A stretch of 8,576 bases of DNA, from IMG/VR virus record IMGVR_UViG_2778261083_000006; one strand, 5' to 3'. A program made the position numbers and the translations under genes. Origin of the DNA: a virus. Lineage: Duplodnaviria > Heunggongvirae > Uroviricota > Caudoviricetes. The notes under the pieces are model-generated. The model did not search any database, was not told the DNA's origin, and saw only the letters and a list, made by a program, of their open reading frames with translations. Numbering within the stretch: the stretch's first letter is position 1; each line of letters begins with the position of its first letter. Of this stretch, positions 1-6,684 are shown one piece after another.

Positions 1-981
1 TTATAACGTCACTCCGCCTTTTAGTGGATTCAGAGCGACGGCATTTTGCAGATAGTCAGGCGCAAGGTGCGCATAGGCCATCGTCTGCTGAATGCTCGCA
101 TGTCCCAGAATCTGTTGCAGTGCGATTATATTGCCCCCATTCATCATGAAATGGCTTGCGAATGTATGCCGCAGGATGTGGGTTGCCTGATTGGGTGGTA
201 TATCAGGTTTCACTCTGCGTAAAATCCCGCAAAATTTCTCATAATCAACTTTGAATAATTTGGCGCTGGCCTCCTCTTTAACTTTTTTCTCCAGTTCCTC
301 AGAAATCGGCACGGTTCGCTTTTTACCGTTTTTGGTTTTCAGGAAGGTAACCCTGCAATTTGTAATCTGTGCTGGTTTTAGCGTGGCAACTTCCGTCCAT
401 CTTCCTCCAGTGCTCAGACATAAAAGCGCGACAAGTAAGTCATCACCAGCCAAAACATTTAACAGTTTTTCGATTTCTGCTTTTTCCAGGAACGTCATTT
501 CAGGGTTGGCCTCCGCCAGTGGCGGCAGTCCGTGAATTGGGTGTTGCCCGGAAAATTCATCCAATTGAATTAATTTTGTGAACATGCCGGATAATCGGTA
601 CATGTCACGGTTTATCGTTGCGGCACTGATACCATCACGTAGTCGCATGGAACGATAATCCATCAAAGCCCTTTTGCTCATCCTGCTCACTGGTATATCA
701 CCTATGCCGCTGATGGTTTTGAGTAGATGATTAAACTCTTTTGTTCCATGCTCGTGGTTTTGCCCGTGATATTTCCACCAGATGTCCAGCAACTCACTCA
801 AAGTCCGGCGGTCTGCTCGCTGGCCTCCCCATTCTTTCTGACTGGCATTGGCGATTGTGTATCGCTCAAATGCTAGTGCTTCAGCTTTTCTTTCGAATTT
901 CCTGCGGATGCGTTTTCCGTCGCGACCGCGAGGTCTAATGTCCACTTCATAGCGACCATCATCGAGCTTCTTAATTGCCAT
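1..981 (-). CDS. int: Tyrosine site-specific integrase (P2 Int-like)
   Basis: C-terminal catalytic signature ...HILRHTFASHF...LGHASIQQTMAYAHL... (R, H-x-x-R, catalytic Y) typical of phage tyrosine recombinases. Start chosen at ATG 979-981 (MAIKKLDDGRYEV...) because it is preceded by GGAGGG with a 7-nt spacer; the track ORF start at 1011 (MVNTAPEGFL...) has no Shine-Dalgarno. Confidence 0.9.
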   Translation of the reverse strand: MAIKKLDDGRYEVDIRPRGRDGKRIRRKFERKAEALAFERYTIANASQKEWGGQRADRRTLSELLDIWWKYHGQNHEHGTKEFNHLLKTISGIGDIPVSRMSKRALMDYRSMRLRDGISAATINRDMYRLSGMFTKLIQLDEFSGQHPIHGLPPLAEANPEMTFLEKAEIEKLLNVLAGDDLLVALLCLSTGGRWTEVATLKPAQITNCRVTFLKTKNGKKRTVPISEELEKKVKEEASAKLFKVDYEKFCGILRRVKPDIPPNQATHILRHTFASHFMMNGGNIIALQQILGHASIQQTMAYAHLAPDYLQNAVALNPLKGGVTL

Positions 982-1050
982 AAGAAAGCCCTCCGGCGCT
1001 GTATTCACCATCTTGGTAGCAAATGGTGAAAATGTAATCTTTATATAGAG

Positions 1051-1344
1051 TTAGCCAATCCTTTTCGCGGAGTGGTTGGACTCTGTTGACTCTGGCCCAA
1101 TGTGCGCGAGAGCCGGTGCGATTTGTCCTGCGTCCGGCGCGGTTTTATCTGTCATAAGCCATAGAGCATATTTTTGGAATGTGGGATGCATAGTGATTTT
1201 TAGCAAAGCTGTGCCACCGGGTTCAAAGTTTCCTCCTTCATATTTTTTAAGTGTGCTTAGCGGTAACTCTATGATTTCACAGAATTTTGATTGGCTTAGC
1301 CCTTCAGCCTCACGCAAGGCCTTAATCTTTTCGCTTAATTTCAT
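1051..1344 (-). CDS. C: Immunity repressor, HTH (P2 C-like)
   Basis: 97 aa; N-terminal HTH-like segment (LSEKIKALREAEGLSQSKFCEII); lies immediately upstream of int on the same strand and divergent from cox, as in P2-type phages. Confidence 0.8.
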   Translation of the reverse strand: MKLSEKIKALREAEGLSQSKFCEIIELPLSTLKKYEGGNFEPGGTALLKITMHPTFQKYALWLMTDKTAPDAGQIAPALAHIGPESTESNHSAKRIG

Positions 1345-1403
1345 TTGACATGGTGCCTATATAGGGACTAAATTCCCTCAAAACTGGAACCTATATAGGT
1401 TCC
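1345..1403. promoter_or_regulatory. Lysis/lysogeny switch region: candidate early promoter (-35 TTGACA 1345-1350, -10 TAAATT 1369-1374) with two copies of the palindrome CCTATATAGG (1356-1365 and 1390-1399) as candidate repressor operators
   Basis: Perfect -35 hexamer; the same 10-bp perfect palindrome occurs twice, 34 bp centre to centre, on either side of the -10. The second copy sits in an 18-bp perfect palindrome GGAACCTATATAGGTTCC (1386-1403); an AGGGA/TCCCT dyad (1363-1378) overlaps the -10. Confidence 0.6.
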
Positions 1404-1465
1404 ATTGATTTGAGAATAAACCAGCGTCTAAACGGTTTTGAGTGGTTTAGAAAGGGCTGGATCCT

Positions 1466-1753
1466 ATGAGGGTACCATATATGGACGCTGAAAATTATGT
1501 GATTCAGTATCCGCTTGATGCGGTTCATGTGGATAAATTTGCTGATTTATTAGGGAAGCCAAAGACAGCCGTCAGTGAAATGGTGAAGGCAAATAAATTA
1601 CCAATTATTGAATTGCGTGATCCTTGCAAACCGAAGGCTCGTGCCGGTGAAAAATGGGTTTTCATTCCTGAGTTTAATCGCGCTGTACGTGAGGCGTTTT
1701 ATAACCGACCGGTTGAACAGCGTGATGCATGGCTTTTGTGGATGGGGTTGTGA
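1466..1753 (+). CDS. cox: Cox-like excisionase / transcriptional regulator
   Basis: First gene of the rightward operon, about 90 aa, with wide sequence similarity to P2 Cox as I recall it. Alternative start at ATG 1481 (90 aa) has a GAGGG Shine-Dalgarno. Confidence 0.75.
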   Translation: MRVPYMDAENYVIQYPLDAVHVDKFADLLGKPKTAVSEMVKANKLPIIELRDPCKPKARAGEKWVFIPEFNRAVREAFYNRPVEQRDAWLLWMGL

Positions 1754-1755
1754 TT

Positions 1756-1926
1756 ATGAATGAGCCGCGTTGTATTGCTCAGTTACTGCGTAACGAAAGC
1801 CCCAGGGCGATTGACTTCACCATCACCCACGGGAAGGGTCGCAAGGGAATCATTATCCGCACCAAAAAACAGAGTCCGTTAAAAAAGGCTCTGACCTTTC
1901 TGAAAAGCCGGAGGGTCTGGAAATGA
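1756..1926 (+). CDS. Small early-operon protein (P2 orf78 position), 56 aa
   Basis: ATG 1756 lies 2 nt after the cox stop; its stop overlaps the B start (ATGA at 1923-1926). The track ORF from 1729 overlaps the end of cox and is probably an overextension. Confidence 0.45.
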   Translation: MNEPRCIAQLLRNESPRAIDFTITHGKGRKGIIIRTKKQSPLKKALTFLKSRRVWK

Positions 1927-2423
1927 CAGTGATGACGCTCAATCTCGTCGAAAAACAGCCAGCAACTATGCGCCGGATAATTGGTAAGCATCTGGCCGTC
2001 CCTCGCTGGCAGGATACATGTGATTATTATAATCAGATGATGGAGCGCGAACGGTTAACGGTTTGCTTTCATGCGCAGTTAAAACAGCGTCACGCAACGA
2101 TGCGTTTTGAAGAAATGAACGACGTCGAACGTGAACGGCTGGTTTGTGCAATTGATGAACTGCGTGGGGCATTCTCAAAACGCCGTCAGGTTGGCGCAAG
2201 TGAGTATGCATATATTAGTTTTTTAACAGTCAGTCAGCGTCGTACTTTATTTATGCATGCCGGATTGACTGAAAAAGAATTCAACCAGCCATACTGGCGA
2301 ATTAATGAAGAGTCATGTTACTGGCGTGATGCTTTATTCCGTGCATTACGTGAATTATTCAGTCTGTTTGAGTATGCACCGACAATTCTGACGTCGGTAA
2401 AACCAGAGCAATATCTGCATTAA
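1923..2423 (+). CDS. B: Replication protein B-like (helicase-loading accessory protein of P2-type phages)
   Basis: 166 aa, the same length and position as P2 B between cox and A; ATGA coupling to the upstream ORF. Confidence 0.75.
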   Translation: MTVMTLNLVEKQPATMRRIIGKHLAVPRWQDTCDYYNQMMERERLTVCFHAQLKQRHATMRFEEMNDVERERLVCAIDELRGAFSKRRQVGASEYAYISFLTVSQRRTLFMHAGLTEKEFNQPYWRINEESCYWRDALFRALRELFSLFEYAPTILTSVKPEQYLH

Positions 2424-2444
2424 GTAATTAACCCGAGTTTTTAA

Positions 2445-2472
2445 CGCACTTAATCGTGCGGGGCTTCTTTTT
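2445..2472 (+). terminator. Weak hairpin plus T-run after B (possible attenuator)
   Basis: CGCAC (2445-2449) pairs with GTGCG (2456-2460) around a 6-nt loop, followed by GGGCTTCTTTTT. The stem is only 5 bp. Confidence 0.2.
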
Positions 2473-2486
2473 GCCTGGAGAAAGTC

Positions 2487-2711
2487 ATGCATACAGTTTC
2501 TGAAAATCAGTGCGGTAAATACGCATTACTGCTGCAACAGGCCAGAACCGAAGCACAGGCCGACGCTGCGACGCGCTTTTCTTCTCGTCTTGACGCCATG
2601 ATTCGCCATATCACAAAGGCGGAGTTATCCCGCGTGGAGATAGTCGAGCTGCTCAGTCAGGAGTCGGAAAAATTTCACAATATCGGATTGTCTCGCGGGG
2701 AGGTGCTTTGA
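2487..2711 (+). CDS. Hypothetical early protein (P2 orf80 position), 74 aa
   Basis: ATG preceded by GGAG; stop overlaps the next start (TGATG). Confidence 0.55.
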   Translation: MHTVSENQCGKYALLLQQARTEAQADAATRFSSRLDAMIRHITKAELSRVEIVELLSQESEKFHNIGLSRGEVL

Positions 2712-3010
2712 TGTCCTGTTCTCATTCAGTTGTATTACTGAATAACGCCTTAAAAATCGCCGTTATGGAAAATGGTGATTTGTCTCTTATTCAACTTTGT
2801 CTTGATAAAGAAAAACGCGACATAACTGAATCTGTTATCGCGATTTATCAGAATGAATTAAACCTCCTGTCTGATGTGGTCAATTTACTTGTTAAACGCG
2901 CTGTATTCCACAAGCAAATTTCCTCAGTGGATGAACTGACAAAATTAACGACAGAACTTGCCAGTTATTGCGCTGATGTATCCAGGAAACTTAACGATAA
3001 AAGGAGCTGA
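2711..3010 (+). CDS. Hypothetical early protein (P2 orf81 position), 99 aa
   Basis: ATG 2711 preceded by GGAGG with a 9-nt spacer; the track start at 2708 is a TTG three nt upstream. Confidence 0.55.
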   Translation: MSCSHSVVLLNNALKIAVMENGDLSLIQLCLDKEKRDITESVIAIYQNELNLLSDVVNLLVKRAVFHKQISSVDELTKLTTELASYCADVSRKLNDKRS

Positions 3011-3012
3011 TA

Positions 3013-3237
3013 ATGCCGGACAACGTAGATTTTATTCAGGAACAACAGGCTGAATTACTGGAGCGCCAGATTAACGCGGCAAGGGTAAAACATTGCGGTG
3101 TTTCTTCGCTGGTTTGCGAAGAGTGTGACGCGCCAATACCTGCTGCCCGTCGTGCGGCTTATCCGTCAGCCACGCGTTGTGTTTCCTGTCAGTCAGTCTT
3201 TGAAGCAAAAAACAAACATTACCGGAGAACGGCATGA
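3013..3237 (+). CDS. TraR/DksA-family C4 zinc-finger protein (P2 orf82-like)
   Basis: 74 aa with C-x2-C-x17-C-x2-C (CEEC...17 aa...CVSC), the spacing of DksA/TraR zinc ribbons; AAGGAG Shine-Dalgarno at 3001-3006. Confidence 0.7.
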   Translation: MPDNVDFIQEQQAELLERQINAARVKHCGVSSLVCEECDAPIPAARRAAYPSATRCVSCQSVFEAKNKHYRRTA

Positions 3238-3509
3238 GTATTCGTATTGAAATTGGCGAACGTTATGTCGTTACCAGTGACAGCTTTCAGTTTATTCTCC
3301 ACGAGAAAAAGAGAGCGGAAAGCGGTAAAAACGCCGGTCAGGAATGGCTGGCAGTGGTTGGTTATTACCCGAAATTAAGCCAGCTCGTTTCCGGCCTGAT
3401 GCATCACGATATTCTGACCGGAAGCGCAAAGTCTTTTGCTGATTTAAACGCGCAGGTTGAGCAACTCAGCAGGCGTTGTTCAGAGGCTTTTGGCTCATAT
3501 GGCCGTTAA
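3234..3509 (+). CDS. Hypothetical early protein (P2 orf83 position), 91 aa
   Basis: ATGA overlap with the upstream stop; its 3' end overlaps the A start by 11 nt. Confidence 0.55.
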   Translation: MSIRIEIGERYVVTSDSFQFILHEKKRAESGKNAGQEWLAVVGYYPKLSQLVSGLMHHDILTGSAKSFADLNAQVEQLSRRCSEAFGSYGR

Positions 3510-5784
3510 AGCCTCCGGGCGTTTTGTCCCTCCGTCAGCATTTGCCGCAGGCACCGGTAAGGCGTTTACCGGTGCTTATGCATGGAACGCGCCACGCGAG
3601 GCCGTCGGGCGGGAAAGACCCCTTACACGTGACGAGATGCGTCAGGTGCAAGGTGTTTTATCCACGATTAACCGCCTGCCTTACTTTTTGCGCTCGCTGT
3701 TTACTTCACGCTATGACTACATCCGGCGCAATAAAAGCCCGGTGCACGGGTTTTATTTCCTCACATCCACTTTTCAGCGTCGTTTATGGCCGCGCATTGA
3801 GCGTGTGAATCAGCGCCATGAAATGAACACCGACGCGTCGTTGCTGTTTCTGGCAGAGCGCGACCAGTATGCGCGCCTGCCGGGGATGAATGACAAGGAG
3901 CTGAAAAAGTTTGCCGCCCGAATCTCATCGCAGCTTTTCATGATGTATGAGGAACTCTGCGATGCCTGGGTGGATGCGCATGGCGAAAAAGAATCGCTGT
4001 TTACGGATGAGGCGCAGGCTCACCTGTATGGTCATGTTGCTGGCGCTGCACGTGCTTTCAATATTTCCCCGCTTTACTGGAGAAAATACCGTAAAGGGCA
4101 GATGACCACGAGGCAGGCATATTCTGCCATTGCCCGCCTGTTTAACGATGAGTGGTGGATTAGTCAGCTTAAAGGCCAGCGTATGCGCTGGCATGAGGCG
4201 TTACTGATTGCTGTCGGGGAGGTCAATAAAGACCGTTCACCTTATGCCAGTAAACATGCCATTCGTGATGTGCGTGCGCGCCGCCAGGCAAATCTGGAAT
4301 TTCTTAAATCGTGTGACCTTGAAAACAGGGAAACCGGCGAGCGCATCGACCTTATCAGTAAGGTGATGGGCAGTATTTCTAATCCTGAAATTCGCCGGAT
4401 GGAGCTGATGAACACCATTGCCGGTATTGAGCGTTACGCCGCCTCAGAGGGTGATGTGGGGATGTTTATCACGCTTACCGCGCCGTCAAAGTATCACCCG
4501 ACACGTCAGGTTGGAAAAGGCGAAAATAAAACCGTCCAGCTTAATCACGGCTGGAATGATGAGGCATTTAATCCAAAGGATGCGCAGCGTTATCTCTGCC
4601 GTATCTGGAGCCTGATGCGCACGGCATTCAAGGATAATGATTTACAGGTCTACGGTTTGCGTGTCGTCGAGCCACACCACGACGGAACGCCGCACTGGCA
4701 TATGATGCTTTTTTGTAATCCACGCCAGCGTAACCAGATTATCGAAATCATGCGTCGCTATGCGCTCAAAGAGGATGGCGACGAAAGAGGAGCCGCGCGA
4801 AACCGTTTTCAGGCAAAACACCTTAACCGGGGCGGTGCTGCGGGATATATCGCGAAATACATTTCAAAAAATATCGACGGCTATGCACTGGATGGTCAGC
4901 TCGATAACGATACCGGCAGACCGCTGAAAGATACTGCGGCGGCTGTTACCGCATGGGCGTCAACGTGGCGCATCCCGCAATTTAAAACGGTTGGCCTGCC
5001 GACAATGGGAGCTTACCGTGAGCTACGTAAATTGCCTCGCGGCGTCAGCATTGCTGATGAATTTGACGAACGCGTGGAGGCTGCACGCGCCGCCGCAGAC
5101 AGTGGCGATTTTGCGTTGTATATCAGCGCGCAGGGCGGGGCAAATGTCCCGCGCGATTGTCAGACTGTCAGGGTCGCCCGTAGCCCGTCGGATGAAGTTA
5201 ACGAGTACGAGGAAGAAGTCGAGAGAGTGGTCGGCATTTACGCGCCGCATCTCGGCGCGCGTCATATTCATATCACCAGAACGACGGACTGGCGCATCGT
5301 GCCGAAAGTTCCGGTCGTTGAGCCTTTGACTTTAAAAAGCGGCATCGCCGCGCCTCGGAGTCCTGTCAATAACTGTGGAAAGCTCACCGGCAGTGATACT
5401 TCGTTACCGGCTCCCACACCTTATGAACATGCCGCAGCCGTGCTTAATCTGGTTGATGACGGTGTTATCGAATGGAATGAGCCAGAGGTCGTGAGGGCGC
5501 TCAGAGGTGCATTAAAACACGAACTGAGAACACCAAATCGTCAGCAGAGAAACGGAAGCCCGTTAAAACCACATGAAATAGCGCCATCGGCCAGACTGAC
5601 CCGGTCGGAACGAACGCAAATTACCCGTATCCGCGTTGACCTTGCTCAGAACGGTATCAGGCCGCAGCGATGGGAGCTTGAGGCGCTGGCGCGTGGCGCG
5701 ACCGTAAATTATGACGGGAAAAAATTCACGTATCCGGTCGCTGATGAGTGGCCGGGATTCTCAACAGTAATGGAGTGGACATAA
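3499..5784 (+). CDS. A: Rolling-circle replication initiator / replication endonuclease (P2 gene A protein), HUH superfamily
   Basis: 761 aa from ATG 3499 (MAVKASGRF...). HUH motif H-W-H at 4693-4701 in VEPHHDGTPHWHMMLF; paired tyrosines in GYIAKYISKN at codons 450 (4846-4848) and 454 (4858-4860), the numbering of the P2 A active-site tyrosines. The track ORF from 3457 starts at an upstream TTG. Confidence 0.95.
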   Translation: MAVKASGRFVPPSAFAAGTGKAFTGAYAWNAPREAVGRERPLTRDEMRQVQGVLSTINRLPYFLRSLFTSRYDYIRRNKSPVHGFYFLTSTFQRRLWPRIERVNQRHEMNTDASLLFLAERDQYARLPGMNDKELKKFAARISSQLFMMYEELCDAWVDAHGEKESLFTDEAQAHLYGHVAGAARAFNISPLYWRKYRKGQMTTRQAYSAIARLFNDEWWISQLKGQRMRWHEALLIAVGEVNKDRSPYASKHAIRDVRARRQANLEFLKSCDLENRETGERIDLISKVMGSISNPEIRRMELMNTIAGIERYAASEGDVGMFITLTAPSKYHPTRQVGKGENKTVQLNHGWNDEAFNPKDAQRYLCRIWSLMRTAFKDNDLQVYGLRVVEPHHDGTPHWHMMLFCNPRQRNQIIEIMRRYALKEDGDERGAARNRFQAKHLNRGGAAGYIAKYISKNIDGYALDGQLDNDTGRPLKDTAAAVTAWASTWRIPQFKTVGLPTMGAYRELRKLPRGVSIADEFDERVEAARAAADSGDFALYISAQGGANVPRDCQTVRVARSPSDEVNEYEEEVERVVGIYAPHLGARHIHITRTTDWRIVPKVPVVEPLTLKSGIAAPRSPVNNCGKLTGSDTSLPAPTPYEHAAAVLNLVDDGVIEWNEPEVVRALRGALKHELRTPNRQQRNGSPLKPHEIAPSARLTRSERTQITRIRVDLAQNGIRPQRWELEALARGATVNYDGKKFTYPVADEWPGFSTVMEWT

Positions 5785-6236
5785 TGGCAAAAATTCACGA
5801 GGTAAAGCTGCACGCAAAATATTTCGACCTTGTGCTGGAAGGAAAGAAACGTGCAGAGTTCCGGAAAAATGACCGTAATTATGAGCGCGGGGACACGTTG
5901 ATTTTGTATGAATGGGTGCAGGGTGTGTATACGGGGCGAAATGTTGAAGCCCGGATAACAGATGTTACTGACCTGTCAGACTGGCTGGAAGATTATGTCT
6001 TGCTAAGTATTGAGCTGCTTAATACAGGCGCATATGAGATTGTGAACTGGAAAGAACTTAGTGAGCGTGGCCTGGTATTCAGAATTAATCATGAAATTAT
6101 GCATCAGCTCGGCCTTGCTGTTATGTATGAACCAGAGACGGGGATGTCTGGCGGGGCAATGGTTGCCACGGATGGAGCATGGAACTATTCAGATGAACAG
6201 ATGGAGCGTGCACAGCAAAACGGGTGGCTTGGATAA
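5784..6236 (+). CDS. ASCH/PUA-like (DUF3850-type) domain protein, 150 aa
   Basis: N-terminus MAKIHEVKLHAKYFDLVLEGKKRAEFRKNDRNYERGDTLILYEW fits the ASCH beta-barrel pattern (G-x-K...R...GD). ATG 5784 overlaps the A stop (TAATG) and follows GGAGTGG. The track start at 5748 is a GTG inside A. Confidence 0.65.
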   Translation: MAKIHEVKLHAKYFDLVLEGKKRAEFRKNDRNYERGDTLILYEWVQGVYTGRNVEARITDVTDLSDWLEDYVLLSIELLNTGAYEIVNWKELSERGLVFRINHEIMHQLGLAVMYEPETGMSGGAMVATDGAWNYSDEQMERAQQNGWLG

Positions 6237-6442
6237 TGCACAGAATACCAGGCGAGATACCGCACCATAAAACTAAAAATATCAAGCTGATGGCTATTGT
6301 TCAGCGTTTACAGCGGATTATGGTCAACGAAAATCTGACGCCCGATGAGCTGGTCGGGTGTGCCGAAATAGTCCGGGATAATTACGGGCGGTTTAACCAT
6401 ATCGGTCAGTCCAGAGTTGCGCCACCACAACGCAGACGATAG
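6236..6442 (+). CDS. Hypothetical small protein, 68 aa
   Basis: ATG 6236 overlaps the upstream stop (TAATG); phage-like GC; no recognisable motif. A shorter start at MAIVQRL... is possible. Confidence 0.35.
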   Translation: MHRIPGEIPHHKTKNIKLMAIVQRLQRIMVNENLTPDELVGCAEIVRDNYGRFNHIGQSRVAPPQRRR

Positions 6443-6448
6443 AGAACG

Positions 6449-6483
6449 CCGCCAGTCGTGAAACTTGTTTTCAGGGCTGGCGG
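6449..6483 (+). other. Imperfect hairpin at the boundary between phage core and low-GC cargo
   Basis: CCGCCAG (6449-6455) pairs with CTGGCGG (6477-6483); inner stem TGAAA (6459-6463) with TTTCA (6469-6473). No T-run follows, so it is not a canonical intrinsic terminator. Confidence 0.3.
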
Positions 6484-6629
6484 GGTTGAATAACGAGTGT
6501 CGCGAGGCGTTAGTTTGAGCTTACAATTAAACCTATTGAAAATTAATGAGAAGTCAATTTTATCTTTTTCTCGTTAAAGATGACCACAACTACTAAAACG
6601 TGAGAATATCAAGACTTGGCAAAATCTAG

Positions 6630-6679
6630 CTTTTCCCAACGGGGTGTTTCGCTATAATACGCGGTCGGTTTTTAGGAGG
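6630..6679 (+). promoter_or_regulatory. Candidate promoter and RBS for the methyltransferase gene
   Basis: Consensus -10 TATAAT at 6653-6658 with a weak -35 (CTTTTC, 6630-6635, 17-bp spacer); AGGAGG at 6674-6679, 5 nt before ATG 6685; 243-bp AT-rich intergenic region. Confidence 0.45.
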
Positions 6680-6684
6680 GGTCA

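Noticed and set aside
251-938. Plus-strand ORFs 251-535, 369-581 and 741-938 inside the integrase gene
   Set aside because: They lie antisense within a well-supported integrase CDS and have no RBS or recognisable motif; treated as shadow ORFs.
1039-1050. Operator-like TATATAG core (CTTTATATAGAG) between int and the C stop
   Set aside because: Only a 7-mer match to the switch palindromes, about what chance gives once in 8.5 kb on two strands; not a perfect palindrome.
1076-1348. Plus-strand 90-aa ORF overlapping the repressor gene
   Set aside because: Antisense to the HTH repressor CDS, which has clear family features; shadow ORF.
1400-1465. Leftward repressor promoter facing the early promoter
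   Set aside because: It should exist by analogy with P2 face-to-face promoters, but no convincing -35/-10 pair could be picked on the minus strand, so no coordinates are given.
1729-2211. ORF 1729-1926 N-terminal extension and minus-strand ORFs 1779-1991 and 1966-2211
   Set aside because: The 1729 start overlaps the end of cox and an in-frame ATG at 1756 sits just after the cox stop; the minus-strand ORFs are antisense to the small ORF and to B.
3457-3498. Upstream TTG start for gene A at 3457, and similar TTG/GTG track starts at 2708, 5748 and 6224
   Set aside because: In each case an in-frame ATG with a Shine-Dalgarno and a start/stop overlap with the upstream gene gives a better start; for A, the ATG at 3499 puts HUH and Tyr residues at P2 numbering.
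3476-5329. Internal and antisense ORFs within gene A (3476-3808, 3925-4194, 4418-4615, 4991-5329, 5023-5271)
   Set aside because: All are nested in the long A reading frame, which has strong family signatures; no independent support.
6061-6270. 69-aa ORF 6061-6270 overlapping the ASCH-like gene
   Set aside because: Alternative frame within a better-supported CDS.
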